33,033 nt of DNA from a virus (lineage: Duplodnaviria; Caudoviricetes), in the IMG/VR virus record IMGVR_UViG_3300048577_000431, positions 1-33,033 of that record, one strand, 5' to 3'. This document shows positions 26,434 to 33,033 of the stretch, piece by piece. The notes under the pieces were generated by a model. It worked only from the letters and a program-made list of their open reading frames with translations, made no database searches and had not been told where the DNA came from. Position numbers and translations under genes: made by a program. How positions within the stretch are numbered: position 1 is the stretch's first letter; every line of letters starts with the position of its first letter.

Positions 26434-27486
26434 ATGTCCGATAGCTGGATAGAAAAGACCGAAGACGAAATCAGGGACGAGGTATTCTCCTGGGGCAAGG
26501 AGGAGACCGGGCTCACGAACCTCAAGAGCGTCGGCGTTCTTCGCGGGTTCCTTGAGGTGCTCGTCCTGACGGCCGTGAAGGCCTATACGGGATACATCAA
26601 TCCCATCTACAAGCAGGCGAACCTCGACAACGCCACAGGGCTCTGGCTCTCGCTCTGGGGCCTGCTCGTCGGGGTGACCAGGAAGAAGGCCGTCAAGGCG
26701 GCGGGCTCGCTCGCCGGGGCAGCCTACGACGACGGGAAGCTGCAGAAGGGCACCTGGATCGTAACCGACGGAACCGCGCTTCGCTTCAAGGTGACTGCCG
26801 ACGTGTCGTTCTACTCCGGGGCGCTTTCCATTCCGGTCGAAGCAGAGCTTGCCGGGAGCGCATACAACCTAGTGCCGGGCACGTCGATCAGGGCCACCCG
26901 CGTGGTCCAGGGCCTCGAATCTGTGAGCGTGCCTTCCTCGTGGATCTCGACGCTCGGCACCGACGACGAGCTTGACGACGCCTATCGTGCCCGGATCAAG
27001 GATAAGTGGAAGAGCATCGGCGAGGGCAACCCGCCGTCGAAATACGAGTACGTCGCGGCGAGCGTTGACGGGGTGGTGAGCGCCAAGGTCATCAGGACCC
27101 CGCGTGGATACGGGTCCACCGACGTGCTCATCACGTCCGTGGAGGGCCTGCCTTCTGCGGAGCTTCTTCAAGCCGTCCGCGCAGCTCTCGATTCCTATGG
27201 CCTCGTATGCCGCGACCTTCTCGTCCGCGCCCCCGGCGCCGTCACCTGTGACGTGAACATCGAGTACGAAGGCAGCGCTACCGCCGAAGCCGTGGGCCTG
27301 GCCGCAAGACAGTACATCCTTTCCCTCGGCATCGCGGGGAAGCTGGAGGTCCGGAAGTTCTATACCGACCCCTGGGCCGCCTTCGCCTTCGATTCGCTGG
27401 AAATCCTCGCGCCAACCCGCGACGTGGTCGCCGGAGCGAACGAGCTGATCGTTCCCGGAACGGTAACCGTCTCGAAGGTAGGCTGA
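26434..27486 (+). CDS. Baseplate J-like protein (Mu gp47)
   Basis: ATGLWL...GVTRKKA, GSAYN, GTDDELDDAYRARI, PRGYGSTDV. Confidence 0.9.
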   Translation: MSDSWIEKTEDEIRDEVFSWGKEETGLTNLKSVGVLRGFLEVLVLTAVKAYTGYINPIYKQANLDNATGLWLSLWGLLVGVTRKKAVKAAGSLAGAAYDDGKLQKGTWIVTDGTALRFKVTADVSFYSGALSIPVEAELAGSAYNLVPGTSIRATRVVQGLESVSVPSSWISTLGTDDELDDAYRARIKDKWKSIGEGNPPSKYEYVAASVDGVVSAKVIRTPRGYGSTDVLITSVEGLPSAELLQAVRAALDSYGLVCRDLLVRAPGAVTCDVNIEYEGSATAEAVGLAARQYILSLGIAGKLEVRKFYTDPWAAFAFDSLEILAPTRDVVAGANELIVPGTVTVSKVG

Positions 27487-27487
27487 T

Positions 27488-28267
27488 ATGCGGGAAGTGA
27501 TCGAGCAGCTCAAACCGCCGGGATACCAGAAGAAGAACCGAGGGGCGATCTATCGAGTCATCGCGCGGGTGACCGAACGGATGGCAAACGACGGCCAAAA
27601 GGCCCTCGAAGCCTTTTTCCCGTTCTTGGCCGACTCGTCTACCGTTGCCCTGCATGGGAAGGCGCTTGAAATACCGCGCTTTCCCTTTGATACAGACGAG
27701 GCGTACCAGGAGCGGGTGGCGTCCGCCGCCTTCTACATCGAGCGGCAGGGAATGCGCAGCTTCGTCGGCGAGTTCCTGGAGCAGCTCGTGCCCGGCCGGT
27801 ACAAGCTGCTCGAATATCCGAAGATAGGCTTTCGGGTCGGCTATTCGCCCCTCGGATCGTCGCCCTTGGGCGGCGGGTCCCGCCTGTTCGTGAAGGTGCG
27901 CAATCTTACGGAACAGGAGGAGTCCTGGATCTATTCGTTCCTGGACGCATCGCTCGACCCTGACGTGGAAATTCACGTCGTTCAGTGGGTGCATAACCCC
28001 GTATCGCCCGCAGGCATCGACCTGGTGCGCAAGCTCGGGGGCGCCACCTGGATCGCCAAGCAGCTAGAAGACATCTGTACGGCGACCGTGGAGTTGATCC
28101 CGGACGATTGCATGCGTCTGGGCTATACCCGCCTCGGCGCCGCGCGCCTGATTCCTCGCACCGAGCCGCTCGTCCTCGTGAAGGTCGGAAGCTCCGCGTG
28201 CATACCAGCCATCCAGGCCCGCCTCGGCGAGGTGCTGGACGATTCGATTGATAGGAGGTGTTCATAG
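27488..28267 (+). CDS. Baseplate/tail protein (gp48/P2 I-like)
   Basis: Follows J; LHG..LEIPRFPFDTDEAYQERV motif. Confidence 0.65.
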   Translation: MREVIEQLKPPGYQKKNRGAIYRVIARVTERMANDGQKALEAFFPFLADSSTVALHGKALEIPRFPFDTDEAYQERVASAAFYIERQGMRSFVGEFLEQLVPGRYKLLEYPKIGFRVGYSPLGSSPLGGGSRLFVKVRNLTEQEESWIYSFLDASLDPDVEIHVVQWVHNPVSPAGIDLVRKLGGATWIAKQLEDICTATVELIPDDCMRLGYTRLGAARLIPRTEPLVLVKVGSSACIPAIQARLGEVLDDSIDRRCS

Positions 28268-29121
28268 TGGACAAGATCCAGTTCGTCCAGGGCATGTACC
28301 CCGACGATACGCATCTGAACGGGGTGCAGAACGCGGCGGAGGAGGCCGACAAGCGCCTGACGCTCGCGGTGGCTGGCCAGGGCATCGTCGCCGGGTTCGA
28401 CCTGTCCATAGCCGGAGCTGTGGCTACGGTCTCGGCCGGGTCCGGGTTCGACGGTCTCGGGAGGGCGGTACACTCCGATGATCCAGTGACGCTCGATCTG
28501 TCGACGATCACGCGCCCGTCGTCCGGCCAGTACAAGTGGGTGGCGATTTATGCCGCCTTCGCCCGCAACAACTATGGCGACGTGTACGACGACAATAATC
28601 AGCGCCACGATCTCTATCAGGACGAGTCCATAGCGCTCGGCTTGGTGCAGGGAGCGGCGGGCAGTCAGTCGGGGGCGGAGCGGCCTTCGGTCGGGACGAA
28701 TATCCTGGTGGCTGACTTGCTCGTAGATGCCTCGACCCCGCTGGAGTCGATCATCCCGAGCCTGACTCGCCGCTCGAAGATCGTCACGCTCTTGAGCCTC
28801 AAGAGCCGCGAGGCCGTCGCCCGCGTATCCATCGATGTGGCGGCCGCCAAGACGGTCACCTTCGCGTCCCTCGGGCTTCCGGACGGCTCTTACTCCGTCC
28901 GCACCCAGCTCGTCGGCTCCGCGCCGTTCGTGCGGAACCTCGGCGTCGAGGCGAGCGGCACCGGCGTCACGCTGTACCTCTATCACGACGCCTTCCCCTA
29001 CAAGGTGCCCGTGCTCGGAGTTCCGGCCATCAAGGTCGGTGCCGCGCGCGTCGGCACGTTCAAAGTCGGCGGCCGGGCCTCGGTCCTGGTCGATCTATTC
29101 ATACGCAAGGAGGGTTTGTAA
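28267..29121 (+). CDS. Tail-fibre proximal/anchor protein
   Basis: GIVAGF.....TVSAGSGFDGLGR fibre N-terminal motif; AGGAGG 28253-28258 favours GTG 28267. Confidence 0.6.
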   Translation: MDKIQFVQGMYPDDTHLNGVQNAAEEADKRLTLAVAGQGIVAGFDLSIAGAVATVSAGSGFDGLGRAVHSDDPVTLDLSTITRPSSGQYKWVAIYAAFARNNYGDVYDDNNQRHDLYQDESIALGLVQGAAGSQSGAERPSVGTNILVADLLVDASTPLESIIPSLTRRSKIVTLLSLKSREAVARVSIDVAAAKTVTFASLGLPDGSYSVRTQLVGSAPFVRNLGVEASGTGVTLYLYHDAFPYKVPVLGVPAIKVGAARVGTFKVGGRASVLVDLFIRKEGL

Positions 29122-29402
29122 TGAGAGGCATTCCGACCGTGTTCAACACGAAGCAGGACTGGCTGAACGCCCACCAGTACGCCCTGGTGGAAGGCGACGG
29201 CCCGCACAAGGCCGTATTCAAGGAGCGCCTGCGCGCGCTCAAGGGCTCGGGGACGATGCTCGTCCTGAAGGATGGCGCCCCGGAGGATCCCGAGGATCAG
29301 ACCCCGGCCGATTTCGAGGCCGTCGATGATCCGGCGTCGCCGCTCGCCCGCTCGGGGCTGACCGTCGCCGAGATCGACCTCATGATTTCCCAGCTCGGGT
29401 AA
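29121..29402 (+). CDS. Hypothetical tail-associated protein
   Basis: TAATG-coupled; 93 aa. Confidence 0.65.
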   Translation: MRGIPTVFNTKQDWLNAHQYALVEGDGPHKAVFKERLRALKGSGTMLVLKDGAPEDPEDQTPADFEAVDDPASPLARSGLTVAEIDLMISQLG

Positions 29403-29412
29403 GGAGAAGAGC

Positions 29413-30606
29413 ATGCTGCAGAAACTGATACAGGACAACTTGACCGACGCCGATGCCGGGCTTTTTTCCGGCATGATGGACGTACTCGTCCGTCACGACC
29501 GCATCCTCGAAAAGAAGAATCCCTACGCCTACGCCTCCAACGTGATCGTGGTTAAGTCGGGAACCGTCCTCACTATCCTCAACGCCGCGTGGAAGAGCTT
29601 CCGCCTGAGCGCCGACGTGGAGCTGACGGAGGCGAATCTCGACGCCGGAGCGGCCTTCGAGGTCGGGAAAGACTACTACGTCTATCTCGTCGACGACGGG
29701 GCTGACGGCCAGTTCATCATCAGCCTGAACACCACCTTCCCGGCTGGGCATAGCGCTGACGATAGCCGCAAGATCGGCGGCTTCCACTTCGGCTACGTCC
29801 GCAAGGTCTCTTCGGACGGCCTGTGGGTTCCCGTCGACTCCGAGGGCACCAAGTTCGGCGTCGGATCGGTCGGCTGGAAGGACAACGTGACCACCGGGAT
29901 CGTTCCGAACTCTGTGTGGGATCTCGTGAACCGTCCCAAGTGCAGCCCCGAGGGCATGGTCAAGGTCGGCCATATCTGGGTGGACATCTACATGGCCAGC
30001 GCGGCCGAGTCCATCACCCTGGAGGGCGGAACGAACGGCCTCCACGTCGCGTCTGGCCGCCTGCAGTCGAAGTATGGCCAGGTCCCGGTCTCTGGCTCGG
30101 AAGGCTTGAACTGGTACAGCTTCAACGAGCTGGCCACCCGCTCGAACAAGCGGCTCCTGTCCTACGGCGAATGGGTCAAGTCGGCCTACGGCAACCCGCA
30201 GGGCCTCGATGCCGCCGACACCTACGGGTGGACGAAGACGACCAACTCCGCGCGCACGCGCACCGGATGCCGCGTTAACGCGTCCACCGGAGAGCACGAC
30301 GCGGCCGCCGGGATCAAGCCCGCCGCCATCAGCGCGTTCAACATCGTCGACGCGGTCGGGAATCTCTACGAGTGGCTGGACGAGCTGTCCAACCGGCACG
30401 ACTCCACGGCGTTTGCCTGGCAGGATGTTCTCGGCTCCGGAAAAGGGCAGGCTTACCTCCCTAACAACGTCGGAATGGTCGCGTACATCGCTGGCGCGAA
30501 CTGGGCTGAGGGCGTCCACGCGGGTCCCCGTGCCGTCCGCGTGGACAGCTACCCGTGGTACGTGGGCGCGAACATCGGGTCGCGCCTGGCCTGTGACAAT
30601 CTGTAA
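29413..30606 (+). CDS. mtd: DGR target: Mtd-like receptor-binding protein with C-terminal C-type-lectin (FGE-like) fold
   Basis: GKDYYVYL, RKIGGFHF, SVWDLVNRP..SPEGM..VGHIWVDIY, KRLLSYGEW, AVGNLYEW and G.NW...G.R...GSRLACD parallel Bordetella BPP-1 Mtd; VR at the 3' end. Confidence 0.9.
   Translation: MLQKLIQDNLTDADAGLFSGMMDVLVRHDRILEKKNPYAYASNVIVVKSGTVLTILNAAWKSFRLSADVELTEANLDAGAAFEVGKDYYVYLVDDGADGQFIISLNTTFPAGHSADDSRKIGGFHFGYVRKVSSDGLWVPVDSEGTKFGVGSVGWKDNVTTGIVPNSVWDLVNRPKCSPEGMVKVGHIWVDIYMASAAESITLEGGTNGLHVASGRLQSKYGQVPVSGSEGLNWYSFNELATRSNKRLLSYGEWVKSAYGNPQGLDAADTYGWTKTTNSARTRTGCRVNASTGEHDAAAGIKPAAISAFNIVDAVGNLYEWLDELSNRHDSTAFAWQDVLGSGKGQAYLPNNVGMVAYIAGANWAEGVHAGPRAVRVDSYPWYVGANIGSRLACDNL
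30490..30596 (+). repeat. DGR variable repeat (VR)
   Basis: 107-nt copy of TR (offset 482) with 10 mismatches, all opposite TR adenines. Confidence 0.97.
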
Positions 30607-30626
30607 TCTGTAATCTGGAGATCTGT
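30598..30626 (+). repeat. ATCTG-core tandem repeat at IMH/target stop
   Basis: AATCTGT AATCTGT AATCTGG AGATCTGT; ATCTG at 30599, 30606, 30613 and 30621. Confidence 0.8.
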
Positions 30627-30627
30627 C

Positions 30628-30966
30628 TTGTCTGGTACACGTGGATTTGTCTTGTGGCAAAAGGCCGAGGATTTTACTGAATATCTGTTCCCGATAATCG
30701 ACCGATTCCCGAAGCATGAGAAATTTGCTCTGTGCAGTCAGATCAAAAACACGTGCTACGAGATCCTGAAGCTGATCATCCGGACGAACAAGTCGAGGCA
30801 AAAAGCTCCGGGGCTGTACGAAATCGATACCCAGCTGGAAATGCTGCGGTGGCTGATCCGACACAGCCTCCGGAGGAAATATCTCAGCCACCAAAGCTAT
30901 GAAACAGCTGCGAAGATGGTGGATGAGCTGGGCCGCATTATAGGCGGCCTACTAAAAGGAGTGTGA
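30628..30966 (+). CDS. avd: DGR accessory variability determinant (four-helix bundle)
   Basis: FPKHEKFALCSQI...L...IR......YLS...YE......ELGRIIGG; TTG start after GGAG; sits between VR and TR. Confidence 0.92.
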   Translation: MSGTRGFVLWQKAEDFTEYLFPIIDRFPKHEKFALCSQIKNTCYEILKLIIRTNKSRQKAPGLYEIDTQLEMLRWLIRHSLRRKYLSHQSYETAAKMVDELGRIIGGLLKGV

Positions 30967-30971
30967 TGCAA

Positions 30972-31078
30972 GCTGGCGCGAACTGGAATGAGGGCGTCCA
31001 CGCGGGTCCCCGTGCCGTCAACGTGAACAACTACCCGTGGAACGTGAACACGAACATCGGGTCGCGCCTGGCCTGTGA
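30972..31078 (+). repeat. DGR template repeat (TR)
   Basis: Intergenic copy of VR with 8 AAC/AAT codons and 22 adenines; lies between avd and RT. Confidence 0.97.
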
Positions 31079-31205
31079 GAATCGATTAAAACCAGACGAC
31101 ATGGCATTACGGTGCCGGTCGCAGTGACAGATTGTCAGATCATTACTCCTTGCCGTAAGGCAAAACTATGTTGGCGCCCCGCCTGCGGGCTGGGCGCTCT
31201 TTTTT
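31079..31205 (+). ncRNA. DGR spacer RNA: antisense-to-IMH segment, GNRA hairpin and terminator-like hairpin
   Basis: ACAGATTGTCA 31127-31137; TTGCC-GTAA-GGCAA 31150-31163; GC stem 31173-31198 followed by a T run. Confidence 0.65.
31173..31205 (+). terminator. Terminator-like hairpin between TR/spacer and RT
   Basis: GCGCCC-c-GCC-tgcg-GGC-t-GGGCGC then TCTTTTTT. Confidence 0.6.
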
Positions 31206-31224
31206 CATCAAGGAGGTGTTTCTC

Positions 31225-32208
31225 GTGTTCGAGCGGGTATACGACTACCGCAATCTCTATGAGGCGTACATCAAGGCCCGGAAGCAAAAGCGCTACCGTG
31301 GCGAAGTTCTGCAGTTCTCGTATGCCCTTGAAGAAAATCTCATCGCGCTACAGAACGAACTGATATGGAAGACGTACAAGGTCGGCGTTTATCGCCCTTT
31401 TGTGATCTACGAGCCGAAGAAAAGGCAGATCGTGGCGCTTCCTTTCCGTGACCGCGTCGTCCAGCACGCGCTGAACGCGGTCATAGAACCGATGTTCGAG
31501 CGGCGCATGATCCACGATTCCTACGCCTGCAGAGTGGGCAAGGGGACGCATCAAGCGGCCTGGCGCGTGGCTTATTTCCTGGGCAAGCCGGGGAATTACT
31601 ACTATTTGAAGGCGGACGTGAAGTCCTTTTTCGCCTCGGTAAACCGCACAATCCTCCGGTCGATCCTTGCGGAGCGAATAGAAGATGAAGGCCTCATGTG
31701 GCTTGTAGACGAGGTCCTGAACAGCACGCCGGGGACGGGGCTCCCAATCGGAAATCTTATGAGCCAGCTTTTCGCCAACGTCTACCTGCACGAGCTTGAT
31801 CACTACGTCAAGAACGTTCGAGGGGTGAAGTTTTATGTTCGCTATATGGACGATTTTCTCATTCTCCACGAAAGCAAGGCTTTTCTATGGAGCCTTCTGG
31901 CCGACATCGAGGAGCTTCTAAGGACGCGCCTAGCCCTCACGTTGAACGCGAAGACCAGGATCGGGAAAACCTCGGAGGGAATCGAGTTCGTCGGCTATCG
32001 AATATGGAGCAGGAACAAGCTCATCAAGAAGCAATCCATGGCGCCATGCGCAAGAAGGCGCGCGCATGGCGCCATGGAAAGATCAGCGACGGCCGCTTCC
32101 TGGCCTCGCTCGGCTCATGGATGGGCCACTCCGCAGACACCGCAAGTCACCAGGCCGTCGAGAAGATCATGCTGGACAGCCTGCATCATCTATATCGCAA
32201 ATCTATGA
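31225..32208 (+). CDS. DGR reverse transcriptase; frameshifted near 32044, with the thumb domain continuing in another frame to 32312
   Basis: YEPKKRQI.ALPFRDRVVQ, GKGTH, YLKADVKSFF, GLPIGNLMSQ (DGR-type GxxxSQ), RYMDD, GIEFVGY. AAGGAGG 31210-31216 favours GTG 31225 over ATG 31168. Confidence 0.95.
   Translation: MFERVYDYRNLYEAYIKARKQKRYRGEVLQFSYALEENLIALQNELIWKTYKVGVYRPFVIYEPKKRQIVALPFRDRVVQHALNAVIEPMFERRMIHDSYACRVGKGTHQAAWRVAYFLGKPGNYYYLKADVKSFFASVNRTILRSILAERIEDEGLMWLVDEVLNSTPGTGLPIGNLMSQLFANVYLHELDHYVKNVRGVKFYVRYMDDFLILHESKAFLWSLLADIEELLRTRLALTLNAKTRIGKTSEGIEFVGYRIWSRNKLIKKQSMAPCARRRAHGAMERSATAASWPRSAHGWATPQTPQVTRPSRRSCWTACIIYIANL
32035..32078. repeat. Perfect 17-bp inverted repeat at the RT frameshift
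   Basis: TCCATGGCGCCATGCGC (32035-32051), 10 nt, GCGCATGGCGCCATGGA (32062-32078). Confidence 0.9.
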
Positions 32209-32223
32209 ACAAGGAGGCCGACC

Positions 32224-33033
32224 ATGAAAACGCCGCTGACCTATTACGGCGGGAAGCAACAGCTCGCCAAGAGGATCATCAGCCTGATCCCGGAGCACAA
32301 GCTCTACTGTGAGCCTTTCGTAGGCGGCGGGGCCGTCTTTTTCCAGAAACCGGCCTCCAAGGTTGAGGTCATAAACGACATCAACAACGAGCTGGCGAAC
32401 TTTTACGAGGTCTGTCAAAGGGATTTTACCTCCCTTGAAAAGGAGGTTTTAATCAGCCTTCACAGCCGGGACTTGCATCGCAGGGCGATGGCGATCTATC
32501 AGAATCCCGACATGTTCGACAAGATCAAGCGCGCCTGGGCCGTTTGGGTGCTTTCCAGCCAGTCGTTCGGCGCCATGCTGGACGGCTCGTTCGGCTATGA
32601 CCGATCCGGTACGACCTCGAAGAAGGTTACCAAGAAGCGGGAGGAGTTCACCTACGAGTACGCCGTGCGGCTCCAAAACGTGCAGATCGAGTGCGCCGAC
32701 GCCCTGCGGATTATACGGAGCCGGGATACTCGGGAGTCGTTCTTCTACTGCGACCCGCCCTACATCGGCACCGACATGGGGCATTACGACGGGTATACGG
32801 AGGATGATTTCGACGCTCTGATAGCCGTCCTGGAGCGAATAGAGGGCAAATTCCTGCTCAGTTCGTTCCGGAATAAGCCCCTCCAGGAAGCGGTCAAGCG
32901 CAATGGATGGAGTTCATTCGAGATCCGGATGAGCAAGCCAATGTCGCGGAATGGGGAAAACAAGCGAGGAACGAAGGTAGAGGTCTTGACGGCAAACTAC
33001 CCGATCTCGGCCGGGGAAGATTCGCAAACTTGA
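32224..33033 (+). CDS. DNA adenine methyltransferase (D12/Dam-like N6A MTase), in the position of Mu mom
   Basis: YYGGKQ, EPFVGGGAVF, NDIN, YCDPPY; AAGGAGG RBS. Confidence 0.92.
   Translation: MKTPLTYYGGKQQLAKRIISLIPEHKLYCEPFVGGGAVFFQKPASKVEVINDINNELANFYEVCQRDFTSLEKEVLISLHSRDLHRRAMAIYQNPDMFDKIKRAWAVWVLSSQSFGAMLDGSFGYDRSGTTSKKVTKKREEFTYEYAVRLQNVQIECADALRIIRSRDTRESFFYCDPPYIGTDMGHYDGYTEDDFDALIAVLERIEGKFLLSSFRNKPLQEAVKRNGWSSFEIRMSKPMSRNGENKRGTKVEVLTANYPISAGEDSQT

Larger units (their letters stand above)
1..33033 (+). mobile_element. Mu-like transposable (pro)phage with contractile tail, carrying a DGR; terminal att ends not in the window
   Basis: Mu synteny: repressor/ner/A/B/gam/gemA/mor, then terminase, portal, MuF, protease, capsid, gp36, G, sheath, tube, tape measure, baseplate, and a terminal DNA-modification gene. 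Confidence 0.96.

Noticed and set aside
1-29412. A second VR or DGR target
   Set aside because: No further TR-like copy noticed by eye; a BLASTN of TR against the window and the host genome is needed to exclude it
31112-31363. 83-aa ORF across the spacer, and the ATG 31168 RT start
   Set aside because: Both overlap structured spacer RNA and a terminator-like hairpin; the strong RBS points to GTG 31225
31225-32312. RT as a group II intron, retron or Abi RT
   Set aside because: GxxxSQ motif, adjacent avd and an adenine-specific TR/VR pair identify a DGR
1-33033. Mu ends (TG...CA, MuA sites, 5-bp duplication) and host identity
   Set aside because: The window is cut at gene boundaries, so the ends are absent. 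Some genes give a spirochaete-prophage impression, but this cannot be supported without a search

Overview
The window is an almost complete Mu-like (transposable) temperate phage or prophage with a contractile tail and high GC content. It runs from the stop codon of the repressor to the stop codon of a terminal DNA adenine methyltransferase, so the TG...CA ends are outside the window. Gene order: repressor (- strand), divergent promoter, ner-like, MuA DDE transposase, MuB ATPase, gam, gemA, mor/C, lysis genes, terminase, portal, MuF, C39-like peptidase, protease/scaffold, capsid, then tail and baseplate. Where Mu has its gin-invertible tail-fibre segment, this phage has a full diversity-generating retroelement (DGR): an Mtd-like C-type-lectin target with a variable repeat (VR, 30490-30596), avd, a template repeat (TR, 30972-31078), a structured spacer and a reverse transcriptase (RT). 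All 10 TR/VR mismatches are at TR adenines. Less obvious signals: (1) an 11-nt spacer segment exactly antisense to the VR 3' end but mismatched to the TR 3' end, a candidate cis-primer and homing guide; (2) a heptamer repeat in place of the usual post-VR hairpin; (3) a frameshift in the RT thumb lying inside a perfect 17-bp inverted repeat; (4) a type II hammerhead ribozyme after gam; (5) one base change that removes both a stop and a start codon in the lysis module; (6) a -1 slippery site in the tail chaperone; (7) phased repeats at the early, late and head promoter regions. Product calls come from motif recognition and synteny only; no database searches were run.
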